Of a stretch of 64,000 bases of DNA, positions 49,901 to 59,584 are shown one piece after another. Origin of the DNA: Methanofastidiosum sp. (GTDB lineage: Archaea; Methanobacteriota_B; Thermococci; Methanofastidiosales; Methanofastidiosaceae); contig DAOSDU010000002.1 of the NCBI GenBank assembly GCA_035362715.1, positions 131,400 through 195,399 on the forward strand. The letters run 5' to 3'. The notes below the pieces were generated by a model that saw nothing but the letters and a program-made list of their open reading frames with translations, did not search any database and had not been told where the DNA came from. Every line of letters starts with the position of its first letter. Position 1 is the first letter of the stretch. The position numbers were made by a program, and so were the translations under genes.

Positions 49901-51888
49901 GAGAATACCAAATTGGCCAAACTTTATCAACATATGAAGATGAATGGGGGGTCAAAGGGACTAAATCTTTATCTCCAACTCTAGTCACAGTGTGGGGACC
50001 TTCAATTTCTAGAACTATATCTACAAATGAGATTGAAGAAGGGGAAACAGTAAAGATAACTTACAAAATCAAAAACTGGGGAAAAGACGATATTTACGAA
50101 GTTAAATTAGTTGAAGTCCTCCCGCCAGGATTTGAGATAATTTCTGGCGATAAGGAAATAATCATTGGGGAAATAAAAGGCGGAAGTGAAGTATCAAAAG
50201 AGATGCAGGTAAAATTTACAAAATCTGGAGCATTCATCTTAGAAGATTCTAAGTTTTTCTGGAAAAATGCCTTCGAAGAATCAAAATCTTTGGATATGGA
50301 AAGAACAACAATTAGCGTTAAAGCAAAACCAGAACCACAAACTAGTTTACCAAGTGTTCCTCAATCTGTAACTCAGACAATACAGGATATTAAATCCTCG
50401 CCTTATGCACCTTTTATTATAATTGCAATTATTGTATTACTTTTGTCAATAGTTGGGTACTCAGTTTACAAATCCATGAGATCAAAAGGGCCATCTACCG
50501 CAATACTTTCGATGCCAAAAGATGGAACTCCACCAACTAGACCGGAAACAGTCAAAAAAGAAAAAATAAAATCCAAGAAAGGATTTAAACTTTTTTCAAA
50601 GCAAAAAGAAAAAGTAGTTAAATCTGATCAAAAGGCGCCTGTATCTTTTGAAGCCCAAGTTAAACCATTAGTTAAAGAATCAAAAAAAGAGAAGAAAAGT
50701 TTTGGACTATTTTCTAAAAAGGAAAAAACACCTCCCAAAGAAAGAGTCCCAGTGCCGGTATCTCCAAATCTTGAAGTTGAAAATAAATTTAAAGAATTTG
50801 TAACACGTGATGGGGGCGAGAATATTTTAACAAAAGATCAGATTAATCAAGAAATACTTGGCAAAAGAGTTGCACCTCCTGCATTAAAACAAAAACAAAA
50901 GAATAAATTTTCACTATTTTCAAAGAAAAAAGAAGGAATACCTCAAGAAAAAAAGTCTTTTTCACTGGATCATTTATCCAATTCACGGGAAGATAAAGAA
51001 ATCAAGAAGGAACAACTGAAAAAAGAACTAGAATCTGTAAATATTTTAGAGGAAGAACTACCTTTATTAAAAGATAAATTTAAGAATATTAATGGAAAGG
51101 CAGAAGCTAGATATACACCTATAGTTAATTCGATAATGAAAGAAGACACTGAAAATAGACCTCCGGAAGTAGAATTTAGGGCCCCTGAAGAGATAAGAAA
51201 AGAGCTCGAAGAAATGAAATTGACCTTACAAGATAAAGATAAAATAGAATCCCTTGATTCGTTTGAAATAGAATCTTTGAGGTCTGAGATTTCTAAGACA
51301 CTAGAGGAGATAGAAAAAAGACAAGAAAATATATCTAGAGATGAAGAGCAAATTAATATTCAACACAATATTGAACAAGAATCTTCTCGTATAGATCTCA
51401 TGGACAGAAAAGAACTTGATGAATTCCAGATTAAAATTTTAAATGAACTTGATGATCTTGAAATTAAGAAAAATATTGATTTTGAAGAAGAACAGTTGAA
51501 AGAAATAAAAGGAAGAGTAGTCCCCAAGAATGTTGATTTGGATCTTCCCCCCTCCGTAGAAAGAGCATACAAAGAGTTTAGACAAAAGAAGAATAAGGGG
51601 GAACCAGAGAATCCATTTAAAGAAGAGGGCAATGGATCAAGTAAAAAGGGCAGTTCTTGGACAAATAACTTTAAACATAACAATACTTCGCCAGAAATAC
51701 CTTCTTCAATTAAGGAATTACTAGAAAAAAGATCTTCTAGTTCAAACGACGCCTATACTTCAATACCAGATCCAAAAGAACTCATTAAAGGGAAGAAAGA
51801 AAATAATACTCGCTTCTTTTCCAACAATCCAACATCAGTTCCAGACCCAAAAGAAGTGATAAAAGGTAAGAAGAAAAACCAAATATGA
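46918..51888 (+). CDS. Giant cell-surface protein: signal peptide, 2x carboxypeptidase-regulatory-like domains, multiple DUF11/CARDB-type repeats, one TM helix (aa about 1166-1184), and a 470-aa K/E-rich cytoplasmic tail with short repeats
   Basis: N-terminal signal peptide. SGRVTDDN...GAIVDAY and GRVFQPDG..GATVRAY CarbopepD_reg-like units. Repeated ...NTGDxxAKNV/IxL.D.IPxGFELI DUF11-like units. TM PFIIIAIIVLLLSIVGYSVY. Tail motifs KKGFKLFSKQKE, KKSFGLFSKKEK, KNKFSLFSKKKE and two IPDPKE(L/V)IKGKK repeats at the C-terminus. Confidence 0.7.
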   Translation: MQKSNYLYLLNIFLLSIFIIGIVATPVLAQGVISGRVTDDNVTPQGISGAIVDAYKANDANACPTIKGMATTDVNGTYYIYPLEHGMYRIRAYAPGYKSEYPFSMLANTCTTSCSPDYNLTLNDTNGSIIGRVFQPDGITPIEGATVRAYYPGTENVLASSLTSAEGNYTLSNLEGVYDIEASGVGWLPKKIRVTVPPLPSVLIQDFVLLPGPYYDPDAVFMGWVEIGDLTVVGDYTILLKDLQRRHPLMPPERGILEVYRKGTMVIQQVVVPGDTLYIDEIMKIKVNEINDHENANYFGRYKLNITVTKRKEPELSINLTTLYIGEIDDKDRTFLRGSKEGIKTVLLGDVDINASSGSVEFDDNTYNFNVSAINGNIQYVYNFEEVNGSFVQPGELRQGDIITIGKDGTCKNIRQLTIYEMGGSTVIWAPIIHSIMRPEDFEFETENEIEKPQSDTTFWYVTEIENTGDIPAKNIKIHITAKDFTFLTGNNCYCGSDNEACLEIKSMEPDEKRLIVFKFKAPQTDYLKVSPIQIDLSYQMGYFNEKEQEVIQDYSKSDKTLITIVPKQPEFQITRNIVKEKLFVGETTDVEVRIKNTGDITATKIKLIDYIPDGFELIDGSATMNIDKMVKNETFTLIYKVKALEMGEFEFKTQLIFEDEAGKNYKTTSKLEPVTVSKEFPRLEILKKLDRVTISRGDSVIVVLVVRNTGNKIARDVQVLDFVPEGFRLIDDPKTKRIEYTISELKPEQERMFKYIITASYPGEYKIGDTKLLYYDLEGHSFEHIASGTSVRVNGEPKITISNIQYFNEEYSFADYKYVDVVLTLTNTGDGLAKKISFINAISGDIELVDGELGGFIDTLKQGDSKTSKFTVRVLQENKDKIFTINTSSEFEDIAGKKSKSEVSTNITVGGRAPTINLLRQESEYKSDIIRIGHIIPVVTIITNTGDGDAKNVRIEDRIPSNLQVTTGINYWGGQLKPEERVTLRYTLVPSQGGEYQIGQTLSTYEDEWGVKGTKSLSPTLVTVWGPSISRTISTNEIEEGETVKITYKIKNWGKDDIYEVKLVEVLPPGFEIISGDKEIIIGEIKGGSEVSKEMQVKFTKSGAFILEDSKFFWKNAFEESKSLDMERTTISVKAKPEPQTSLPSVPQSVTQTIQDIKSSPYAPFIIIAIIVLLLSIVGYSVYKSMRSKGPSTAILSMPKDGTPPTRPETVKKEKIKSKKGFKLFSKQKEKVVKSDQKAPVSFEAQVKPLVKESKKEKKSFGLFSKKEKTPPKERVPVPVSPNLEVENKFKEFVTRDGGENILTKDQINQEILGKRVAPPALKQKQKNKFSLFSKKKEGIPQEKKSFSLDHLSNSREDKEIKKEQLKKELESVNILEEELPLLKDKFKNINGKAEARYTPIVNSIMKEDTENRPPEVEFRAPEEIRKELEEMKLTLQDKDKIESLDSFEIESLRSEISKTLEEIEKRQENISRDEEQINIQHNIEQESSRIDLMDRKELDEFQIKILNELDDLEIKKNIDFEEEQLKEIKGRVVPKNVDLDLPPSVERAYKEFRQKKNKGEPENPFKEEGNGSSKKGSSWTNNFKHNNTSPEIPSSIKELLEKRSSSSNDAYTSIPDPKELIKGKKENNTRFFSNNPTSVPDPKEVIKGKKKNQI

Positions 51889-51950
51889 ATGTCTGGTTAA
51901 TTTATACGAAAATCTTTTATAACAATTTTGATAAACTTATACGTGTTTTA

Positions 51951-52700
51951 ATGTCTCGCTTTGTATCACAGAATATCTCAAATATTAAACCAGTAATCGA
52001 ATCGATATCTGAGCTGACTGGCGAATGCTTGTTCACAATAAACAAAAATGGTATATATATTGAAGGGACGGATCCTTCTCTTATATCTAAAGTAGAATTT
52101 TTAATGCCCGCTAAATCTTTTGATAAATTTGAAATAGATGCTGAAGAATCAGTCGGGGTTAATATAGATTCTTTCGCGAAGATATGTAGAAGGGCTTATC
52201 AAAACGAATTAATGAGTATTGATATAAATTCTAAAGCGGGTAAAGTAGAGCTTATTCTAGAAAGTGATTTTAAAAGAAATTTTGAATTTACTTTACTTTC
52301 AACTACTAATTTCAGTATCCCTCAATTAAATCCTAAATATTCAACTTTTATTGAAATTGATAGTAAAATATTTAGAGACATTATCAAAGATATGGCCGTT
52401 ATAGGGGGAACAATTCTTTTTTCAATCCATAAAAATAATATTTCTATTTCCTCTGAAGATTATACTTCTAAGGCATTGGCTGAAATCTCTTCAGAATCAA
52501 AATCTATAAAAAAATTTGAAGCTAAAACTATTCAACGTTCAAAATACAATCTTAACTATATCCTAAGTTTCTTAAGTGCGTTTGCCGTTTCAGATTATCT
52601 TAAAATATCTGTTGGGGGATCAAAACTTCCCTTGAAACTTGAATACCAAATAGGTGAAGAAGGCCGATTTACACTATACCTTGCTCCAATGGAGATATAG
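51951..52700 (+). CDS. pcn: DNA polymerase sliding clamp PCNA
   Basis: About 250 aa, PCNA N- and C-domain pattern (IKPVIESISELTGECLFTINKNGIYIEGTDPS). Start trimmed to the ATG at 51951. Confidence 0.75.
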   Translation: MSRFVSQNISNIKPVIESISELTGECLFTINKNGIYIEGTDPSLISKVEFLMPAKSFDKFEIDAEESVGVNIDSFAKICRRAYQNELMSIDINSKAGKVELILESDFKRNFEFTLLSTTNFSIPQLNPKYSTFIEIDSKIFRDIIKDMAVIGGTILFSIHKNNISISSEDYTSKALAEISSESKSIKKFEAKTIQRSKYNLNYILSFLSAFAVSDYLKISVGGSKLPLKLEYQIGEEGRFTLYLAPMEI

Positions 52701-53699
52701 ATGAATCTTTTATTTTTTCTTTCAGGGAGTAGTACCCTATTTGCCAAAGAGGAAGTCATTTCTTTGCTGAATTCTTATGGAATAAAATATCAAATAATCT
52801 TTAGTGAAGGGCAATTTCTAATAATTAAAACTAGTAGTGTTATAATTGATTTTATTTTCCGATTAGGTCTGACCCATTTTGTATTGGATATTATTTCTGA
52901 TTTAGTTATCGATGACAAAATAGATAAATCTCTTTCAGAAATCCAATGGGATTCTCAACTTAACTTTGATAGAACTTTTAAAGTAAGAGTTAAGAATAAA
53001 GAGAAAAAAGAATATAATAATATTGAACTTCTCATTGCAAAGTCTATATCAAAATATTTTGAAAATAATATAAAAGCAGATTTAACAAATCCGATGGATG
53101 AAATAATCGGATTGACTTTTAAAAATAAATTATATATTGGGAAAAAAATCTTTGAAAGAAATAAGAAGGATTTCAACAAAAGAAAACCACAATTAAGGCC
53201 ATTTTTTTCACCTACTTCAATAGACCCGCGTATTGCAAGAGCAATGATTAATATTTCACAAGCTCAAAAAGAGATCTTAGACCCTTTTGCAGGAACAGGA
53301 GGTATTCTAATTGAAGCAGGCCTTATAGGACTCGATACGTATGGCCTTGATATTGAGGAAAAAAGCGCGATAGGAACAAAAACGAATCTTTTAAATTATG
53401 GGATAAAAAACTTTGACATTAGATCAGGAGACGCAAGGAAAATATCTGAGATATTTGAAAGGAACTTTGAATCTATAGTTACTGATGCGCCATACGGCCG
53501 TTCCACTAAAATAGACAAGGATAAAGAGAAGATGTACACGGATTGTTTTTTGTCGATACTAGAATCTTTCAAAAAACGATGTGTGATTGGATTAGATAGA
53601 GAATATCCATTTGATGAAATAGGATTTCGCATTGAGAGCATCTATAGCTTTAGAGTTCACAAAAGCCTTACTAGATATCTTCATGTTCTGTCAAGATGA
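52701..53699 (+). CDS. tRNA (guanine10-N2)-methyltransferase (Trm11/TrmG10; THUMP + class I MTase)
   Basis: SAM motif DPFAGTGGILIEAGL and catalytic DAPYG. Confidence 0.7.
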   Translation: MNLLFFLSGSSTLFAKEEVISLLNSYGIKYQIIFSEGQFLIIKTSSVIIDFIFRLGLTHFVLDIISDLVIDDKIDKSLSEIQWDSQLNFDRTFKVRVKNKEKKEYNNIELLIAKSISKYFENNIKADLTNPMDEIIGLTFKNKLYIGKKIFERNKKDFNKRKPQLRPFFSPTSIDPRIARAMINISQAQKEILDPFAGTGGILIEAGLIGLDTYGLDIEEKSAIGTKTNLLNYGIKNFDIRSGDARKISEIFERNFESIVTDAPYGRSTKIDKDKEKMYTDCFLSILESFKKRCVIGLDREYPFDEIGFRIESIYSFRVHKSLTRYLHVLSR

Positions 53700-53877
53700 T
53701 AATCAATTCATATATTCTTGAGGACGCAGAAGTCAGTAATAGCGTGATTTTAATATTAATGATTATTTTTTATAATATTATTGTTAATCAATAATATGTT
53801 AAAGCTTTTCAAAACTGTGTATTCTGAAATTGAATAATGTAATTTAATTTAAAATATAAATATTAAAAGATGGTAAT

Positions 53878-55488
53878 TTATTCATTCTCAGGGTCTTTGG
53901 CTGAGATCATCCTTTCTTTTATGTCCTCAGGCTCACCTATGAAGACTACTTTTCCGTCTTTCATGAAACATGCCCTATCACATACATCTACGATAAAATC
54001 TGAGTCATGAGTGACTATTAAAAACGTTTCACCTAGAACTTCCCTTGCTTTTCTAATTGATTTTGCAACTATTTTTCTTGTGAATGGATCCATGGTACCG
54101 GTGGGCTCATCAAGAATCACTATTCTTGGTTCTTTGATCAATACTTGGGCCAGTGCAATTCTGTGTTTTTCACCAACAGACAATGCATCGGGCATTTTAT
54201 TTAAGATTTCATCCAATTCCTTTTGGTCTTCAAATCCCACTCCTTCTAGAACAGAAATAACCTTCATTTTTCCTAATTCTTTGGGAAGTTTAATCCCTAT
54301 GGCATCAGTAAGATTTTGCAATACATTTTTGTCTGGGTATAGCGTGTACTCTTGGTGAAGAACGCCCATGTAAAGCATCGCCTTTCCTTTGCCTAGAAAT
54401 CCAGGCTCTTTCATGTCTATCCATTCATCGCCAATCCTGATGTTTAGTTCACCTTCAGTAAATGGTGTAATGCCTGCAATCATTCTAGAAACTGTAGTCT
54501 TACCAGTTCCACTCTTGCCTACAAGACCAAAAATCTCTTTTTCATTAACTGCAAAAGTAACCCCATCAACAGCCTTAACAACTCCACGGGATATGGAGTA
54601 GTAATACTTTTTTACATCCCATAACTCAATTATGCCGCTGCCAATTCCTGGAAATCTTACCTTTTCTTCAGGTAATAGCTTTTCCATAAAAGCCTTAACT
54701 ACTTCTTTCGAATTTCCATCTTGGATTACTTTTCCATTATCAAGCCATACCGCTTTTTGGGCCAATAATTCAATGGCTTCTGGCCAGTGAGATGTAACTA
54801 TTAAGGACATTCCTTGTTTTACTGCATCTAATAATACATTATGGACTGTGTTTGCAGTCAAAGGATCCAAAGTTCCTGTTGGTTCATCTGCTAGAAGCAG
54901 CATAGGATTAATAGCAAGTTGCCTTGCAAGAACAATTCTTTGTTTCTCTCCCCCAGATAGGTCTCTTGCAATATGGGTCATCCTTTGGATCATATTCACC
55001 TTTTGTAAAAGTTCTATAATCTTAGGTATAATCATATTTTTTGGTATTTCAGACCCAGCGAAAGCATCCTGCATATTTTCCATAACTGTTTTTTCACCAT
55101 AAAGTGAAAATGTACGTTGTAACATAATTGCAGTTCTTTTTCTTATAGGATTAAAAAAAGCCGTATCTTCCCAGAAATCTACTTTTTTTAGAATCATTTT
55201 TTCATTGCATTTCGTGCATGGGGTGTCTTTTTTACTTGGAAAGTCCACCTTCATACATTTGGGGCAATAAGAAACATTGTAGAAAATCTTACCTTCTGTT
55301 GGCCTGTATTCTTTAGTTCCCCTCAATATATTGATAAGAACAGATTTACCGCTGCCACTCTTTCCCAATAGTCCTAACGATTCCCCTTCTTTTACTTTGA
55401 AGGATACGTTATCAAGAATCTTCTTATTATCAAAAACAATTGATACATTTTCAACTTCCAAAAGATATTCGCTCAATTTAATCCCCAT
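53878..55488 (-). CDS. atwA: Methyl-coenzyme M reductase component A2 (AtwA)-like tandem ABC ATPase, with a Cys4 insertion in the N-domain
   Basis: Two ABC cassettes: Walker A GKSGSGKS and GKSGTGKTT, signatures LSGGEKQR and LSVGEKHR. 536 aa, the size of A2. Insertion CPKCMKV...CTKCNEKM. The locus has mcrBDGA about 2.7 kb downstream. Confidence 0.55.
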   Translation of the reverse strand: MGIKLSEYLLEVENVSIVFDNKKILDNVSFKVKEGESLGLLGKSGSGKSVLINILRGTKEYRPTEGKIFYNVSYCPKCMKVDFPSKKDTPCTKCNEKMILKKVDFWEDTAFFNPIRKRTAIMLQRTFSLYGEKTVMENMQDAFAGSEIPKNMIIPKIIELLQKVNMIQRMTHIARDLSGGEKQRIVLARQLAINPMLLLADEPTGTLDPLTANTVHNVLLDAVKQGMSLIVTSHWPEAIELLAQKAVWLDNGKVIQDGNSKEVVKAFMEKLLPEEKVRFPGIGSGIIELWDVKKYYYSISRGVVKAVDGVTFAVNEKEIFGLVGKSGTGKTTVSRMIAGITPFTEGELNIRIGDEWIDMKEPGFLGKGKAMLYMGVLHQEYTLYPDKNVLQNLTDAIGIKLPKELGKMKVISVLEGVGFEDQKELDEILNKMPDALSVGEKHRIALAQVLIKEPRIVILDEPTGTMDPFTRKIVAKSIRKAREVLGETFLIVTHDSDFIVDVCDRACFMKDGKVVFIGEPEDIKERMISAKDPENE

Positions 55489-55618
55489 CTTTTGTTTATG
55501 TTGATGTTAAGACATCTAACTATATTTAAGTTTTTGGATTACGAATATAAATTCATAAGTATTTCCTGGTTACTAATGTATTTATATGCCTATAGCCATA
55601 TTATTTTAGGGAGTTTAA

Positions 55619-56176
55619 ATGATAAGTATAGTCTCAAAGAACAGAGAATTATTGTCTATTTTTTATACTTTTCTTAAGATATCGGGACTTACCATTGGAG
55701 GGGGATACGCAATGGTACCAGCTATTGAGAGAAACCTGATTAATAAAAAACTAATAACTGAAAAAGAGTTTTTTAATATACTTTCAATCGCACAGTCTAT
55801 GCCCGGTCCAATAGCATTCAATTTATCAATACTATTGGGTAAAAAACTAAGGGGGTTTTGGGGTGCAGTATTTGCATCATTTGGGGTTATCATTCCTCCA
55901 TTTTTTGGAATAATAATAGTTGCTAGTTTAATACAAGCCAATTCTGGCAGTGTTTATGTGGCCAAATTTTTGAATGGGTGTTATATAGCAACTGTTGGAT
56001 TGACTTCATACGTGCTTTATAAAATAATGAAAAATATCAATTATAACAAAATTACTATCCCTCTTTTTTTATTTGGTGTATTGTTTATTATTCTAAATAA
56101 AAACTTGACATTTTTTGTATTTCTTTTTTTAGTTTTTATTAATTATTTTTATGAAAAGGGAGGGATTGATTGCTAA
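55619..56176 (+). CDS. chrA: Chromate-transporter (CHR) family protein, short half-size form (N-type)
   Basis: LKISGLTIGGGYAMVPAIE...GPIAFNLS CHR motif. Paired with the next gene. Confidence 0.55.
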   Translation: MISIVSKNRELLSIFYTFLKISGLTIGGGYAMVPAIERNLINKKLITEKEFFNILSIAQSMPGPIAFNLSILLGKKLRGFWGAVFASFGVIIPPFFGIIIVASLIQANSGSVYVAKFLNGCYIATVGLTSYVLYKIMKNINYNKITIPLFLFGVLFIILNKNLTFFVFLFLVFINYFYEKGGIDC

Positions 56177-56679
56177 ACATTCTATTTATTTTCTTCTACA
56201 TTGGTTCAATATCTTTCGGGGGTGGGTGGGCTGTTGTTGGATTGATTAAGGATATAATGATTGGCCAAAATTATTTAAATTTTCCAGAATTTAAAGAAAT
56301 TTTAACTGCGGCACAATTAACACCGGGGCCAATCGCAGTCAATATGGCAACTTATGTTGGATATAAATACTATGGTTTTATCGGAGCTATATTAACCACA
56401 TTTTTTTTGCTTTTACCCCCGATAATAATCATGGCTAGTTACTTAACGTTAAAGAAATCAATAAAATTAAAAAAAGAATATTTTATTAATTCTCTAGCTC
56501 TTGGAACCGCGGTACTTGTTTTTATAACATTATATTCCTTAGGAGTTCAATTTATATTAAATCTTGATATAAAGGCGGTAATACTAGCATTAGCAATATT
56601 TATTTTACTTGTTAAAACTAGAATAGACCCAATCTTTTTTATAATTGGATCAGGATTCATAGCAATTTTAGTGTTGTGA
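56170..56679 (+). CDS. chrA: Chromate-transporter (CHR) family protein, second half (C-type)
   Basis: ISFGGGWAVVGLIKD...TPGPIAVNMATYVGY. Overlaps the first half's stop. Confidence 0.55.
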   Translation: MLNILFIFFYIGSISFGGGWAVVGLIKDIMIGQNYLNFPEFKEILTAAQLTPGPIAVNMATYVGYKYYGFIGAILTTFFLLLPPIIIMASYLTLKKSIKLKKEYFINSLALGTAVLVFITLYSLGVQFILNLDIKAVILALAIFILLVKTRIDPIFFIIGSGFIAILVL

Positions 56680-56753
56680 TGATTAGTAGTTAGATTTATA
56701 AATTATGAATAAATATTCATATTGAAGATATCATAAAAACGAAGTGTATTATT

Positions 56754-56951
56754 ATGGATAATAGGAAGTTTAAGTGTTATGACTGCAACTACGAGTGGGA
56801 TTTACCTCACGGGACTGGAAAAATGGGCATTAACTTGAACTGCCCTAAATGTAACAGTTCGAATGTACACAGAGTCAACGGTGGTAGGTATGGAAACAGA
56901 ACTGGATTTTGTAGATCAAATAATCCAAATTTAGACAATAACAAAAATTAA
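56754..56951 (+). CDS. Small Zn-ribbon protein (CxxC...CxxC)
   Basis: 65 aa: KCYDCNYEWDLPHGTGKMGINLNCPKCNSSNVHR. Confidence 0.4.
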   Translation: MDNRKFKCYDCNYEWDLPHGTGKMGINLNCPKCNSSNVHRVNGGRYGNRTGFCRSNNPNLDNNKN

Positions 56952-57150
56952 ATAACAATATTTTTCTTGAAACGGATAAGATATTATGAAAGTAACAATA
57001 CCTACTGGTTTTATTTTGGAAATAGAAGATGAAGTATTCTCTCATCTTTTGGCAAAGTATCAACATTTTGGGAGAAATCAACTCCGTCAGACATACAACG
57101 TTGAAATTAATTGAAAATATTTTAGTTAAATAGAATATTAGGGGATATAA

Positions 57151-57927
57151 ATGGAATCAAATCTCAAAGAGCACTTGAAAGTTCAAAAAATGAATATTGA
57201 TGAAAGAATGTCAAAAATAGGAAAAAAAATTGCAGTTGGAAGTGGTAAAGGGGGAGTGGGGAAATCCGTTGTAACTTCTCTTATTGCTTCTTACCTTGCA
57301 AAACAAGGAAAAACAGTAGGTATACTAGATCTCGATATAACTGGTCCAAGTATACCCATGATGTTTGGAATAGATGAAAAACCAATTGGAGGCAGTTCTG
57401 GAATAATACCTGTTGTTTCTAAAAGTGGCATTAAGATTATGTCAATGAGTCTTTTTCTACCAAATAACGAAGACGCCGTTATTTGGAGAGGATTAAGAAT
57501 AAGTGGAGCTGTATCACAATTTCTTGCAGATGTTTTATGGGAAGATATCGATTATTTGTTATTTGATTTACCCCCTGGAACTAGTGATGTTCAACTTACC
57601 TTAATGCAAAGTATTAAACTTGATGGATTTGTAGTTGTAACCTCTCCTCAAATTTTAGCTTCAACAATAGTGAAAAAAGCAGTTTCCATGGCAGAAGAGT
57701 TGAATGTTAAAGTATTGGGCGTAGTTGAAAATATGGCATATGCATCATGCCCCACATGTGGAAAAAAAATTGATCTATTCGGAAATGGGGAAAACTCTAA
57801 GATGGGAATTCCAGAAATAGGCAGTATACCAGTAGATCCCGAGATATCTAGACTATGTGATGATGGTAAAATCGAGAATTATCAAATAGATCTTGATAAA
57901 ATCTATCAGATTATAGAGAATATTTAA
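57151..57927 (+). CDS. Mrp/NBP35/ApbC-family Fe-S cluster carrier ATPase
   Basis: Deviant Walker A SGKGGVGKS and the CPTCGKK CxxC motif. Confidence 0.75.
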   Translation: MESNLKEHLKVQKMNIDERMSKIGKKIAVGSGKGGVGKSVVTSLIASYLAKQGKTVGILDLDITGPSIPMMFGIDEKPIGGSSGIIPVVSKSGIKIMSMSLFLPNNEDAVIWRGLRISGAVSQFLADVLWEDIDYLLFDLPPGTSDVQLTLMQSIKLDGFVVVTSPQILASTIVKKAVSMAEELNVKVLGVVENMAYASCPTCGKKIDLFGNGENSKMGIPEIGSIPVDPEISRLCDDGKIENYQIDLDKIYQIIENI

Positions 57928-58168
57928 GGCATATACACATTTTTCTAATTAGAATGCCCCTATAAAATTAAATACCGGGATATTTTTATTTATTTTTGTA
58001 TTTTGTCTAATACTTATTGATTTATTCATTTTAACTTCTTTTTATTAAATATAATATTATTAATAAAATTTATAATTAAAATAAAATTAGAGTTTGTTGT
58101 TAGTTTGGCATATCAAATAAATATTCTAAATAGAAACACTTAAATATTATTTGTATGAGGTATCTCTG

Positions 58169-58224
58169 AAGTCCGTTTAATGGACTTTAAAAATCTTGGA
58201 CATGATATCCTGTTTTTGGATATC
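58169..58224 (+). promoter_or_regulatory. mcr 5' leader with two perfect inverted repeats (AAGTCC-n7-GGACTT and GATATCC-n7-GGATATC), then a strong SD aaggaggaat
   Basis: Seen directly in the sequence 20-75 nt upstream of the mcrB ATG. Confidence 0.35.
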
Positions 58225-58244
58225 AAAAAAAGGAGGAATACTAT

Positions 58245-59573
58245 ATGCCAAAATATAGCGATAAAATAGATTTGTATTCTGACAGGGGTAAACTCATTGA
58301 GAGTGGAGTCCCGTTGGAAGCTCTCAGTCCTCTAAAAAACGAGGCCATTCAGAGCATAGTTTCCAAAATTGTCAGGACAATTGCTGTCGATCTCAAAGGC
58401 ACCCAGTCAGCACTTGCCACAGGAGCACTTGGTGGTAAAGGCCAATTTATAATGGGAAGAGAAATGAAACTCGATGTTGTTGGGAAAGCCCCAGAGATTA
58501 AGAAGAGAGTAGAAGAAATTCTTAAAGTTGATACAAAAGACGATACTTTAGTAACGCTTTTAGGAAACAATGAGCGAATGCTTGTTCAAATACCAACAAA
58601 GAGAATGTTTTGTGAATACACAGTTGGTATGACTGCAACAGCATCAGCCGTAACACAAGCAATTATAGATGTGTTCGACGTTAGCATATTTGATGCAAAC
58701 GTTATAAAGGCCGCAATATGGGGATCCTACCCACAGACCCTTGATCTTAAAGGCGCAAAGATTCAGGCTATGCTTGAAGTTCCTCAGAAGAACGAAGGTC
58801 TTGGATATTCCCTAAGAAACATTATGGTTAATCACATTGTTGCTACAACAAAGAAAAATGCAATGAACTCAGCTGCACTTGCCTCAATCCTTGAGCAGAC
58901 TGCAATGTTTGAAATGGGAGACGCTGTAGGTCCATTTGAGAGACTACACCTCTTAGGACTTGCATACCAAGGAATGAACGCAAACAATATTACATATGAG
59001 TTAGTTAAAGCAAATGGAAAGAAAGGAACAATAGGATCAGTTGTTGAATCCTTAGTTGGAAAAGCAATTGAAGATAAGGTTATAGCAGTAGACAAGACAT
59101 TACCATCTGGATACAAGGTATACAAAGCTAAAGATATTCCATTGTGGAATGCATATGCCGCATCAGGAATGCTCGCATCAGTAATGGTAAACTGTGGTGC
59201 AATGAGAGCAGGTCAAGGAATACCTTCAACAGTCTTATACTACAACGACTTAGTTGAGCACGAAACAGGTCTACCTGGTGTAGACTTCGGAAGGGCTCAG
59301 GGTACAACTGTAGGTATGTCATTCTTCTCCCACTCTATTTATGGTGGTGGAGGACCTGGTATATTCAACGGAAACCACATCGTTACAAGACACTCAAAAG
59401 GATTCGTTATTCCATGTATCGCTGCCGCAATGGCATTAGATGCAGGAACACAGATGTTCTCACCAGAAGCGACATCCGGATTAATTAAAGAAGTTTTCTC
59501 CACAGTACCTGAGTTTGCAGAACCAATGAAGTATGTAAACCAAGCTGCTGTTAAAATCAAAGGAGGTATTTAG
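58245..59573 (+). CDS. mcrB: Methyl-coenzyme M reductase beta subunit
   Basis: 442 aa, conserved McrB throughout ([16 protein letters not shown]..., ...GGGGPG...). Confidence 0.9.
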   Translation: MPKYSDKIDLYSDRGKLIESGVPLEALSPLKNEAIQSIVSKIVRTIAVDLKGTQSALATGALGGKGQFIMGREMKLDVVGKAPEIKKRVEEILKVDTKDDTLVTLLGNNERMLVQIPTKRMFCEYTVGMTATASAVTQAIIDVFDVSIFDANVIKAAIWGSYPQTLDLKGAKIQAMLEVPQKNEGLGYSLRNIMVNHIVATTKKNAMNSAALASILEQTAMFEMGDAVGPFERLHLLGLAYQGMNANNITYELVKANGKKGTIGSVVESLVGKAIEDKVIAVDKTLPSGYKVYKAKDIPLWNAYAASGMLASVMVNCGAMRAGQGIPSTVLYYNDLVEHETGLPGVDFGRAQGTTVGMSFFSHSIYGGGGPGIFNGNHIVTRHSKGFVIPCIAAAMALDAGTQMFSPEATSGLIKEVFSTVPEFAEPMKYVNQAAVKIKGGI

Positions 59574-59584
59574 GAGGAGTAATA

